A DNA stretch of 64,000 bases from an uncultured Candidatus Rokubacteria bacterium. GTDB lineage: Bacteria; Methylomirabilota; Methylomirabilia; Rokubacteriales; DASRDR01. The notes under the pieces were generated by a model, which was not told where the DNA came from, ran no database searches, and saw only the letters and a list, made by a program, of their open reading frames with translations. This document shows, piece after piece, positions 9,371-18,054 of the stretch (within the stretch, counting starts at the first letter, position 1; every line of letters begins with the position of its first letter). The stretch spans positions 945,107 through 1,009,106 of the forward strand of contig CAWEXD010000008.1 of assembly GCA_963812945.1 (NCBI GenBank). Reading direction: 5' to 3'. Made by a program: the position numbers and the translations under genes.

Positions 9371-10133
9371 GGCGCCGGAGATCCGTGGCGGCCGTTCCCC
9401 GCTGGTGACCCTCGCCTCGCTGGCGCTCTGGTGCGCCCTGTGGGAGGCCGTCGGACGGGCCGGGGTGTCGTCCATCATGCCGCCCTTGAGCCGGGTGGTG
9501 GCGAGCGGCGTGGCCGTCGTGGCGTCCGACAAGTTCGCGGCAGCGGCGTGGCTCTCGCTGCGGACTTTCGCGCTCGGCATGGCATTCGCCGTGACGGTCG
9601 GGATCCCGCTCGGGATCCTGATGGCGCGCTCGGAGGCGGTGGGGCGGATCCTGCGGGTCTGGGTCAATGTGTTCGTGAGCGCGCCGGTCTCGGCCCTGGT
9701 GCCGATCCTGATGGCCGTGCTCGGCATCGGCGAGACGACGGTGGTCGTCACGGTGTTCCTGTTCGCCGTGTTCGTGATCATCCTCGACACCGAGGTGGGC
9801 GTCCGGCAGGTGAGCGGCTCGCTGCTCGAGATGGCCTCCTGCTTCGGCGCCGGGCGCGCGGATCTCTACCGGAAGGTCCTGCTCCCGGCCGCGCTGCCGG
9901 AGATCCTGGCCGGCCTCCGCCTCGGCGCCATCCGTGGCGTGAAGGGGGTCGTCATCGGCCAGCTCCTGGTCGCGATCCTGGGGGTGGGCGAGCTCTTCGA
10001 GACGTACTCGAAGCACTTCCTCTTCGAGGAGTTCTGGGCGCTCGTGATCGTGGTCTTCGCGTTCGCCTATGCGGTGTCCGAGGGAGTCGCGCTCCTGGAG
10101 CGCCGCGTCGAGCATTACGCCCGCACCCGGTAG
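9360..10133 (+). CDS. ABC transporter permease
   Basis: 257-aa ORF; start overlaps ATPase gene end by 11 nt; polytopic hydrophobic protein. Confidence 0.75.
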   Translation: MWGEAPEIRGGRSPLVTLASLALWCALWEAVGRAGVSSIMPPLSRVVASGVAVVASDKFAAAAWLSLRTFALGMAFAVTVGIPLGILMARSEAVGRILRVWVNVFVSAPVSALVPILMAVLGIGETTVVVTVFLFAVFVIILDTEVGVRQVSGSLLEMASCFGAGRADLYRKVLLPAALPEILAGLRLGAIRGVKGVVIGQLLVAILGVGELFETYSKHFLFEEFWALVIVVFAFAYAVSEGVALLERRVEHYARTR

Positions 10134-10162
10134 GCCGTGACGTCCGCGCGATCGACGCGCGC

Positions 10163-10726
10163 CTACATCGGCTGTGATCCGCTGCGCCACTCCGGCTCGA
10201 GGATGGCGTAGAGGTAGGAGTCCCGCCACTCGCCTCGCCGGCGCAGGTTCTGCCGCAGATGACCCTCCCGTCGCATGCCGAGCTTCTCGAGCACCCGTGC
10301 GGAGGCGTGGTTGTCCACGTCGCAGGTGGCCCAGATCCGATGGAGCGCCAGGCGCTCGAATCCGAAGGCCACGAGGGCGCGGGCGGCCTCGGTCATGTAC
10401 CCGTGACCCCAGTGCCGGCGGTCGAGGACGTAGCCGAGGTCGCCGCTCCCGTTGGCCGCGCTACGGATCTCGATCCGACACCCGCCAATCAGGCGGTCCG
10501 TATTCTTGAGCACGATCGCCAGGTGGTAGGCGGTGCGGGGGAGGGCGTCCCGGGTCGCTCTCGCCATGGCCAGAAAGCCCGCGGTGTCCTCGGGTGTGTT
10601 CGGGCCCCAGGGGAGGTGGCGGACGACCTCGGGGTCCGCTGCGTACGCCTGAACGGCCGGAGCGTCGTTGTCGCCGAGCTCCCGCAGGACGAGGCGAGGC
10701 GTCTCGATGGCCATGTGCGAGGTCAC
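10163..10726 (-). CDS. GNAT family N-acetyltransferase (RimJ/RimL-like)
   Basis: 187-aa ORF; motifs IETPRLVLREL, RIWATCDVDNHASARVLEKLGMRREG. Confidence 0.7.
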   Translation of the reverse strand: MTSHMAIETPRLVLRELGDNDAPAVQAYAADPEVVRHLPWGPNTPEDTAGFLAMARATRDALPRTAYHLAIVLKNTDRLIGGCRIEIRSAANGSGDLGYVLDRRHWGHGYMTEAARALVAFGFERLALHRIWATCDVDNHASARVLEKLGMRREGHLRQNLRRRGEWRDSYLYAILEPEWRSGSQPM

Positions 10727-10739
10727 GCGCCTCGGGCGA

Positions 10740-11510
10740 TCATGCCGTAACCGGCGCGGCCGCCACGAGGATCAGGCGCGTGTCGCTTCCGAACGGGCCC
10801 CCCTCGAGGTTGCCGTAGCAGGCAATGTCTCCGAAGCCGGACTCGCCCAGTATCCGGACCAGCTCGGTAACGGAGTAGGCCCGCCAGTGGATGCTGCGGG
10901 TGTGCGCCGGGCCGCTTGCCGGTAGATAGGTGTGGACGAGCTCGACCGTGCCGGCGACCCGGTCGATCCGGGTCTCGGCCAGGAGGACGGCGCCGTCGCC
11001 CAGTGGGTACCACTCGCGCCACGGGCTTCGGGGCGGCAGGCGGTCGCGGTGGTTCGTCTCGATGACGAGACGGCCGCCCGGACGCAGGACGCGCCGGATC
11101 TCGCGCAGCACGCGCCGGTCCGCATCCTCGCCGGTGTAGCCCAGCGAGCTGTGGAGTGTCAGGGCCCCGTCGAACGCTCCGTCCGCCAGGGGGATCTCAC
11201 GGTAGTCACCCCGGACCAGACGTGGCTCGCGTGCGGTGTCTCGCCGGCGTCGCGCCTCGTCGAGCTGCGAAGCGGAGCGATCGAGCCCGACGACGCGGTA
11301 GCCCTCCGCGGCGAGCGGCACCGCGTGGCGGCCGTATCCGCATGGCACGTCGAGGACACGTGACCCCGGGGGAAGCTCGGCGAGCCGTGCCGCGGCGAGC
11401 ACCTCGGCGCGGGAGCGGTCGGCGGGCTGGAGGGGCGCGTAGGTGAGGACGTAGTGCGCGTCGAAGAACGCCTCCCAGGGCTCGGGAGTCACCGGGCGGT
11501 CGTGATCCAC
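10740..11510 (-). CDS. class I SAM-dependent methyltransferase
   Basis: 256-aa ORF; SAM-binding motif VLDVPCGYGRH, then LRPGGRLVI. Confidence 0.7.
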   Translation of the reverse strand: MDHDRPVTPEPWEAFFDAHYVLTYAPLQPADRSRAEVLAAARLAELPPGSRVLDVPCGYGRHAVPLAAEGYRVVGLDRSASQLDEARRRRDTAREPRLVRGDYREIPLADGAFDGALTLHSSLGYTGEDADRRVLREIRRVLRPGGRLVIETNHRDRLPPRSPWREWYPLGDGAVLLAETRIDRVAGTVELVHTYLPASGPAHTRSIHWRAYSVTELVRILGESGFGDIACYGNLEGGPFGSDTRLILVAAAPVTA

Positions 11511-11574
11511 TGGCCGTCGCGCGGCACCCGGCGGACCCGAGGCGCCGGCTGGGGCACCTCGGGTCGCGGCCGGC

Positions 11575-12408
11575 TCAGAACTTCTGGGTGTCGCCCGGGT
11601 TGATCGGGAAGACCTGCGTGGTCGTCTGGCCCAGGGCCTGCTGGTACTCCTGGGGCGTGCCCTTCAGGACCGGGAACGTTCCGTAGTGGAACGGGATGGC
11701 GAAGCGCGGCTTGAGCATCTCCTTCGTTGCGTACGCGGCGTCTCGCGGGTCCATGACGAAGTGGCCGCCGATCGGGATCATCACGAGGTCTGGCTTGTAG
11801 TACTCGCCGATCAGCCGCATGTCGCCGAACAGGCCCGTATCGCCCATGTGGTAGATCTTGAACCCGTTCTCCACCTCGACGATGAAGCCGCAGGGCTCGC
11901 CGCCGGGGTAGGTCGTGCTCTTCTTGGTGGCCGGGTCCGTCACGGTCACCTCGGACGAGTGCTCCGCGCGAACCTGGGTGATGGTGATCTGCGGCCCCAG
12001 CGGCTGGACCCGCCCGCCCTTGCCGAAGCGAACGGCCTTCTCGGCCTTGACCCAGCCGAGGTCGACCAGCGTGGCCAGGAGGCCAGCCGGCCCGAGCACG
12101 GGCGCCCCCGTCCGATCGGCGAGATCCTTGACGTCGCCGACGTGGTCGCCGTGGCCGTGCGTGACGAGGATCACGTCGACCTTGCCGAGCGCGTCCAGGT
12201 TCTTGAAGGCGGCCGGCGTCTTCGGATTGTTGGTGAGGAACGGGTCGATCACGATCACCTTGCCGCTCGGGGTCGTGATCTTCGTGGTCGCCTGACCGAG
12301 CCAGTGGATCTCTGTCTGGGCGGACTGAGCCCAGGTGGGCTCGGCCGCGAGCGCCCAGGTGAGCGCCCCGGCGCTGAGCTTGAGGAAGTCGCGTCGCTCC
12401 AGGTCCAT
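11575..12408 (-). CDS. MBL-fold metallo-hydrolase, Tat-exported
   Basis: 277-aa ORF; twin-arginine N-terminus RRDFLKLSAGAL; metal motif VTHGHGDH. Confidence 0.75.
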   Translation of the reverse strand: MDLERRDFLKLSAGALTWALAAEPTWAQSAQTEIHWLGQATTKITTPSGKVIVIDPFLTNNPKTPAAFKNLDALGKVDVILVTHGHGDHVGDVKDLADRTGAPVLGPAGLLATLVDLGWVKAEKAVRFGKGGRVQPLGPQITITQVRAEHSSEVTVTDPATKKSTTYPGGEPCGFIVEVENGFKIYHMGDTGLFGDMRLIGEYYKPDLVMIPIGGHFVMDPRDAAYATKEMLKPRFAIPFHYGTFPVLKGTPQEYQQALGQTTTQVFPINPGDTQKF

Positions 12409-12621
12409 GAAATCGCCCTCCTCTAGGTGTCGACGGTTTCAGGCAGGGTTGCGTTCACGGGATCCTCTTCCCAGCTTCATGCGGGTCTCCCGCGGGACTA
12501 TACCATCGGCCCGTCGGCGAGCCAACGAGAGGCAGGTCCTTGCCGTGGCGCCGATAGACCCTGGGCAGGGAACGCGGTACCCTCGGCCGGTCCGTCCGAC
12601 TCGCGTCGCGGGAGGTCACCC

Positions 12622-13092
12622 ATGAGCCAGGATCATCGCGCCATTGTCGCCCACATCCGCTCGGCGCCCGCCGCCCTCGCGGAGGCGGTGGCCAGCGTGC
12701 GGCCCGGCCAGGAGGACCGATCGCCCCGGGCGGGTGAGTGGTCGGTCCGGGAGACGCTGATCCACGTCCGGAACGTGGTCGTGATGGTCTACGGTCTCCG
12801 GATCCGCCGGCTGCTCTTCGAGCGGGACCCGGTCTTCGCCGACTACGACGAGGAGACCTTCCGCCGGGAGGACCTCGCGCGGCGGGAGCCCGTCGAGGAC
12901 CTCGTGCGCATGATCACCGCCGAGCACGAGCAGATCGCCCGCCTCCTCGACGGCCTGCCGGCCGATCGGTGGCCGCGGGCGGGGCGGCATCCGGAGCTCG
13001 GGCCCATGTCGATCGCATCGCTGGCGGGCCAGATCGGACCGCACACCGAGGAGCACGCCGGGCAGATCCGCGACATCGCGCGCGTCGTCTGA
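12622..13092 (+). CDS. DinB-family protein
   Basis: ORF 12427-13092; ATG at 12622 preceded by GGGAGG; helical protein with WSVRETLIHV and EEHAGQI motifs. Confidence 0.5.
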   Translation: MSQDHRAIVAHIRSAPAALAEAVASVRPGQEDRSPRAGEWSVRETLIHVRNVVVMVYGLRIRRLLFERDPVFADYDEETFRREDLARREPVEDLVRMITAEHEQIARLLDGLPADRWPRAGRHPELGPMSIASLAGQIGPHTEEHAGQIRDIARVV

Positions 13093-13104
13093 CGGCCGAC
13101 CGGG

Positions 13105-15804
13105 CTACCGGCCCGGGACGCGGGTCCCGCGCACGCACAGGAGTCGCAGCTCGGCGGCGGCGGAGCTCGCCGTCACCCGCACGTGACGAGCCGGAGTCGC
13201 CGCGAGCGCGACCTCCACCAGCCTGTCCGAGGCGGCGAAGAGCGTCCGTCCGGCCCACCCCCACGGCGGGACTGCGCGCCCGCCGTCCACGGTCTGCCAG
13301 GCCAGGCCGTCTGGCGAGACGGCGACCTGGACCACCGGCAGCCTGGCGCCGGGCTCGGCAGGGTGCCAGAGCCGCATGCCGGAGACGAGCATCTCGTCAC
13401 CGAGCGCGGCCTCCAGCACGGCGCGCTGGCCGCTCCCACCGGCGGCGGGCTCCCGCGTAGCGTCGCGGCGCGCCGCGGGGCGGCACGGGTCCGTCGACGC
13501 GAGCGGCGAGAGGACACGGACGAGCGCGTGATCACCGAGCGGCTCCGCCACGTACCGCGCTCCCGCCGCCTCGAAGCGCGCGCGTAGCTCGGGGAGATCC
13601 TCGAGCGGCACGAGCAGGCCGTCGTGGGCGCGCAAGCGGACCGGGCTGGCGAGCCACTCCGGCGGCGCCGCGCCGTGGTTGTCGACCACGCCGTTGGCGA
13701 CCAGCGTCGACACGGCGCCTCGCGTGGCCAGACTGACGCGTGCGGACGCCACGGGGTCGGCGAGGAGCCGGTCGAGCCCCTGGGCGCTCAGGCGCTCGAC
13801 GAGCCGCTCCGTGCTCACTCGGCCCGGTGGCGCGTCGGGGACGGCCTCGTAGACCTGGAGCTCGGCCACCCCCCATGGACGGTCCCGGAACGCCTCCACC
13901 GGCCCCGCGCGAAGATAGCGGAGCGGCCTGGGCCTCCCGGCGACCTCGAGCCAGCCGTTCCGGGGGCGGAACACGGGGCGGCCGTCCGCCACGAACGTGG
14001 GGCGCCGTGCGACCGTGGGGACGACGCCGAGCGTCTCCCAGCGGATCCCGTCAGCCGAGCCCGAGAGGCGGAGGGGGCGCACCTCCGTGGTCGGCACCGA
14101 CGGCCAGAAGATGACGCGGGCGACGTCGTGCGAGCGTCCGAGGTCCAGCACGAACGGGTCGAGCGGGCCGTCCGGGCGCGCGCGAGGCCAGACGGTGGCG
14201 AGGTCGCCGTCCGCCAGGGAGGGCGGCGCCGCGGGGTCTCCCGCCACGCGCCAGCCGTCTCGGGGCACCATCCGGTACCCGCGGGCAGGAACGCGGACGT
14301 CCTCGAACAGCTGCCACCCGGGGAGCGGCGTCCGCTGCCACGTGGCGCCGACGGCGGCGAGGTCCGAGGCCACCCCGTCCGCGTACGGCCCGGCCAGGAC
14401 GTCGATCCGCTGGGCCGCATCGGCCGCAACCGCATTGGGGATGTAGACGTCGCGGGCCACCACCGACACCGTGGGACGGTCCAGGAGGAAGGCCCAGCCG
14501 AGCGCTCGCATGGTGTCGTCGACGTAGAGCGCCTCGACCGGTCTGGCGGCCAGGGCGTGGCGGACACCCTCGCGCGCCGCGATCGCCTCGGCTTGCCGCG
14601 CGCGCATCACCGGGGACAGCGGCCAGAAGAACCCGGCGTTCGTCCATGTGGCGAAGAGCAGGAGGAAGGCCAGCAGGCCAGCTCCCACCGCCCGCGACCA
14701 CCGGCTCGCCCGCACGACCAGCGCGCCCGTGAAGACGAGCAGCGGGATGTAGGCCGGCAGCGCGTACCGGGAGGCGTGGCCACGGTCCCCCGCATGGCTC
14801 GAGACGTACACGGCGCCGAGCGACGCTGCGAGGGTGAGCAGCAAGAGCCCGAGCCCCCAGAATCGCGCGCTCGGCTCGGCTCGGCGGCGCCAGCGCGAGA
14901 GCTGGCCGAGGGCCCACGCGACGCCGAGGACGTAGATCACGCAGTTCAGCGCGAGCGCCGCCCGGCGCAGCGGCGTGCTGGCCGTCCAGTAGTAGGTTCC
15001 CAGCAGACGCAGGACCACCTCCGTCCAGAACTCCCGGAGGCCTGCGAGGGACAGGTCGACGCCGGCGCGGAAGAAGTAGGCGACCGACTCCGGCTTGCCC
15101 GGGGCGTGGTCCCCGTGAACGGCGTAGAAGAGCCAGGCCGGCAGCGCCCCCAGCAGAAAGCCGCCCGCCAGAAGCGCGCCGCCGCGCCCGAAGAAGCGGC
15201 GCGGGTCCCGGAGCGCGAGCAGCACCAGACCGGGCGCCAGGATTCCCACCACCTTGAGGCTCGTCCACGCGGCCAGTCCCCCGAGGAGCCCGAGGACGCC
15301 CATCGCCCGGGCCCGGGCGGGCTCGGACTGGGCGGTGAGCGCGACGAGGGCCAGGAGGAGCAGCCAGACCCCGAAGACGTTTGTCTCGAAATGAGGCTCC
15401 GCCACCGTGCTCCAGTACGTGAGGAGGAAAGGCGGCACCGCCGCCAGGGCCAGCGCCGCGCGGCCCGTGGGCTCGTCGACGATGCGCCGGCCGAGCAGAT
15501 AGAGGCCGAGCGGAAAGAGGAGCGACCAGGCGATCGCGTTCAGGCGGACCAGGAGCGCCGAAGGCCCGAACATGGAGAGCGCCGGGACGAGATGGATGCC
15601 GTTCAGGGAGCCCATGTAGGTCTGGCGGTAGAAGAAGACGGGGAAGTTCTCCCCGGCCAGGTAGTGCTTGGCGATGAGGGCGACCGTCGCGTCCTCGCCG
15701 GACAGGGTCCCGTAGAACATCGCGCTCACGCGCACGACGGCGGCGAGCGCGAGCAGGGCTCCGACCGCGGCCCAGCGCCGGCGGGCGCTCGGGCCGCTCG
15801 CCAT
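13105..15804 (-). CDS. membrane GT-C fold glycosyltransferase (PMT/ArnT-like) fused to C-terminal discoidin (F5/8 type C)-like domains
   Basis: Downstream 900 codons of the 1354-aa ORF 13105-17169; ATG at 15802-15804 with upstream GGGGGA; polytopic N-terminal half with acidic first-loop motif SGEDATV; C-terminal ADGDLATVWPRA...FVLDLGRSHDVARVIFW. Confidence 0.6.
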   Translation of the reverse strand: MASGPSARRRWAAVGALLALAAVVRVSAMFYGTLSGEDATVALIAKHYLAGENFPVFFYRQTYMGSLNGIHLVPALSMFGPSALLVRLNAIAWSLLFPLGLYLLGRRIVDEPTGRAALALAAVPPFLLTYWSTVAEPHFETNVFGVWLLLLALVALTAQSEPARARAMGVLGLLGGLAAWTSLKVVGILAPGLVLLALRDPRRFFGRGGALLAGGFLLGALPAWLFYAVHGDHAPGKPESVAYFFRAGVDLSLAGLREFWTEVVLRLLGTYYWTASTPLRRAALALNCVIYVLGVAWALGQLSRWRRRAEPSARFWGLGLLLLTLAASLGAVYVSSHAGDRGHASRYALPAYIPLLVFTGALVVRASRWSRAVGAGLLAFLLLFATWTNAGFFWPLSPVMRARQAEAIAAREGVRHALAARPVEALYVDDTMRALGWAFLLDRPTVSVVARDVYIPNAVAADAAQRIDVLAGPYADGVASDLAAVGATWQRTPLPGWQLFEDVRVPARGYRMVPRDGWRVAGDPAAPPSLADGDLATVWPRARPDGPLDPFVLDLGRSHDVARVIFWPSVPTTEVRPLRLSGSADGIRWETLGVVPTVARRPTFVADGRPVFRPRNGWLEVAGRPRPLRYLRAGPVEAFRDRPWGVAELQVYEAVPDAPPGRVSTERLVERLSAQGLDRLLADPVASARVSLATRGAVSTLVANGVVDNHGAAPPEWLASPVRLRAHDGLLVPLEDLPELRARFEAAGARYVAEPLGDHALVRVLSPLASTDPCRPAARRDATREPAAGGSGQRAVLEAALGDEMLVSGMRLWHPAEPGARLPVVQVAVSPDGLAWQTVDGGRAVPPWGWAGRTLFAASDRLVEVALAATPARHVRVTASSAAAELRLLCVRGTRVPGR

Positions 15805-16691
15805 CAGGTCCCCCGCCGGAGCCGGGGGTCCAGCAGGTCCCGCAGGCCATCGCCCAGGAGGTTGAACGCGAGCACCGTCAGCGAGATGGCCGCCGAGGGC
15901 CAGAGGAGCGGCAGGGCGGAGAGCTGCATGAACCGTCCGGACTGTTCGACCATGCGCCCCCAGGAGGGCGCGGGGGGCGGGGGCCCCAGGCCGAGGAACG
16001 ACAAGCCCGACTCGAGCAGGATGGCATGGCCCGCGGCGAGCGAGGCCTGCACGAGGATCGGCGCGACGATGTTCGGCAAGATCGCCCGGCCCACGACCCG
16101 CGCCGCCGACGCGCCCAGCGCCCGGGCGCTCTCCACGTACTCGAGCTCGCGGATGGCGAGCGTGCTCGCATGCACCACCCGGGTGAAGCGCGGCACGTAG
16201 AGGACGCCGATGACCAGGATCAGGTTGCGGAGCGAGGGGCCGAGGAACGTCACCACGAAGATGCCGAGGAGGATCGGCGGGAAGCAGAGGAGGCCGTCCA
16301 TCACCCGCATGATGCCCGTCTCGACCGGGCCACGGCTGTAAGCGGCGACGCTGCCGAGGAGCGTGCCCGCCGTGGCCGCGACGGCCACGCTCGACAGCCC
16401 CACCGCCAGGGTGATGCGCGCCCCGCGGAGGAGCCGGCTCCACAGGTCCCTCCCGAACTCGTCGGTCCCGAGCAGATGGGCGAAGCTCGGGGGCTGGGCC
16501 TTGGCGCGCGGGTTCAGCGCGTTGGGGTCCGCCGGCGCCAGGACGGGGGCGAAGACGGCCGCCAGGAGCAGGAGCGCCACCGCCGGGCCGGCGACCAGCA
16601 CCTGGCGCGAGCGTAGCCAGACTCGCCGGGGCCTGCTCGCGGCCTCCGCGCGCAGCGGCGCGGCGGTGAGGGTGGACGGAGTCGTGCTCAC
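15804..16691 (-). CDS. peptide/nickel-type ABC transporter permease (DppC/OppC-like)
   Basis: 295-aa ORF; polytopic; stop TGA overlaps the ATG of the downstream glycosyltransferase gene (TGATG). Confidence 0.8.
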   Translation of the reverse strand: MSTTPSTLTAAPLRAEAASRPRRVWLRSRQVLVAGPAVALLLLAAVFAPVLAPADPNALNPRAKAQPPSFAHLLGTDEFGRDLWSRLLRGARITLAVGLSSVAVAATAGTLLGSVAAYSRGPVETGIMRVMDGLLCFPPILLGIFVVTFLGPSLRNLILVIGVLYVPRFTRVVHASTLAIRELEYVESARALGASAARVVGRAILPNIVAPILVQASLAAGHAILLESGLSFLGLGPPPPAPSWGRMVEQSGRFMQLSALPLLWPSAAISLTVLAFNLLGDGLRDLLDPRLRRGT

Positions 16692-16703
16692 GGGGATGGC
16701 GCG

Positions 16704-17657
16704 TCAGCCATAGCGGATGCGGGGGTTCAGGAGGGCGTAGCAGAGATCGGTCAGGAGGTTCACGGCCACGAAAAGCGTGGATCCGAGCAGGACCACCCCC
16801 TGGATCACCGGGTAGTCCCGGGTGCCGAGGGCGCTCAGGAGGAGCGCGTTCATTCCCGGCCAGCTGAAGATGTACTCCACCAGCACCGCGCCCGCGAACA
16901 TCGAGCCGACCTGGAGCCCGACGATGGAGGCGACCGGGAGGAGCGCGTTCCGGAGGACGTGGCGCCACGCCACGGCCCGCTCGGCGAGCCCCTTGGCCCG
17001 GGCCGTGCGCGCGAAGTCTCGCGCGGCCTCCTCCAGGTAACTCGACCGGGTCATCCGCATCACGGTGGCCAAGGGCGCGACGGCCAGCGCGAGCGCCGGT
17101 AGCGCCAGGTGACGCAGGAACCCGGCGGGATTCTCGCCGAGCGGGACGTAGCCCGCCGGCGGGAGCCACCCGAAGCGGAGCGAGAAGACGAGGACCAGCA
17201 GCATGCCGACGACGAAGACCGGCATCGAGAAGCCGGTCAAGGCGAGGGCCGAGGCCGCCGGATCTGCGAGCTGCCCGCGGCGCCGGCCGGCGAACATCCC
17301 CAGGGGAACGCCGATGGTCACCGCCAGCGCCGTGGCCGGGACCACCAGCTGGAGCGTGCGTGGAAGCCGGTTGGCGAGGTCGCGCGCGACGGAACGGTCG
17401 TCGAGGAGCGAGGTGCCCAGGTCGCCCCGGCCGACGCGGGCGAGCCAGGACAGGTACTGGGCGACCAGCGGGCGGTCCAGCCCGAGTCGCGCGCGGACGC
17501 GGGCCAGCTGCTCCGGGCTCGCCTGGGCGGAATCCCCCCCCAGGATGAGGATCGCCGGGTCACCCGGGAGGAGGTGGATCGAGAAGAAGAGGACCGTCGC
17601 GACGACCCACAGGAGGACGAGCGCCAGCCCGAGCCGGCGCAGGAGGTAGATCCACAC
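16704..17657 (-). CDS. peptide/nickel-type ABC transporter permease (DppB/OppB-like)
   Basis: 317-aa ORF; N-terminus MWIYLLRRLGLALVLLWVV; C-terminal LNPRIRYG typical of this permease family. Confidence 0.8.
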   Translation of the reverse strand: MWIYLLRRLGLALVLLWVVATVLFFSIHLLPGDPAILILGGDSAQASPEQLARVRARLGLDRPLVAQYLSWLARVGRGDLGTSLLDDRSVARDLANRLPRTLQLVVPATALAVTIGVPLGMFAGRRRGQLADPAASALALTGFSMPVFVVGMLLVLVFSLRFGWLPPAGYVPLGENPAGFLRHLALPALALAVAPLATVMRMTRSSYLEEAARDFARTARAKGLAERAVAWRHVLRNALLPVASIVGLQVGSMFAGAVLVEYIFSWPGMNALLLSALGTRDYPVIQGVVLLGSTLFVAVNLLTDLCYALLNPRIRYG

Positions 17658-17679
17658 GAGGCGGGAGTGGCCCCGGGGC

Positions 17680-18051
17680 CTAGATCACGCCTTTCCGGAA
17701 CGAGCGCTTGGCCGCGATGCGCCCGTCCCGGAGGGCGAGGACGTCGCAGCCGTAGACCTCGTAGCGCGTGCCGCCGTGGGGGGTGCCGCTCGTGATCCAC
17801 TCGACCACGGCCAGCTCGGGATGGGCGAAGTGGCGGATCTCGTCCCAGCGCACGTCGGGGATCCGCGTGAACATGCCGTGCAGGAACTCGCGCACGGCCG
17901 GCTTGCCCACGATCCGGGTGCCCCAGAGCTCCTTGCCGAACGACGCCTCGAACACCACGTCGTCCGTCATCATCGCGAGGATCCCGTCCATGTCGTGCCC
18001 GTTCCAGACGGTGTTGAAGCGGTCGACGAAGGCCTCGCCGTCGAATCCCAT
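17680..18051 (-). CDS. SnoaL-like / NTF2-like domain protein
   Basis: 123-aa ORF; motifs FVDRFNTVWNGHDMDGILAMMTDDVVFE; sits between SBP and permease genes on the same strand. Confidence 0.6.
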   Translation of the reverse strand: MGFDGEAFVDRFNTVWNGHDMDGILAMMTDDVVFEASFGKELWGTRIVGKPAVREFLHGMFTRIPDVRWDEIRHFAHPELAVVEWITSGTPHGGTRYEVYGCDVLALRDGRIAAKRSFRKGVI

Positions 18052-18054
18052 CGA

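Noticed and set aside
7679-9790. 703-aa minus-strand ORF
   Set aside because: Antisense to the well-supported ABC permease and ATPase genes (Walker motifs on the plus strand); Arg/Pro/Asp-rich low-complexity translation typical of spurious ORFs in GC-rich DNA.
10134-10162. Short GC palindrome (CGCGCGatcgacGCGCGC) between convergent genes as a possible terminator
   Set aside because: Self-complementary CG repeats are expected by chance at this GC content, and there is no U-tract; not reported as a feature.
15805-17169. Upstream 455 codons of the 1354-aa minus-strand ORF 13105-17169
   Set aside because: This part overlaps the DppB- and DppC-like permease genes in a different frame and is Arg/Pro/Ala-rich low complexity. 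Only the 13105-15804 segment, starting at an ATG with an upstream purine-rich site and showing transmembrane plus discoidin-like features, was accepted.
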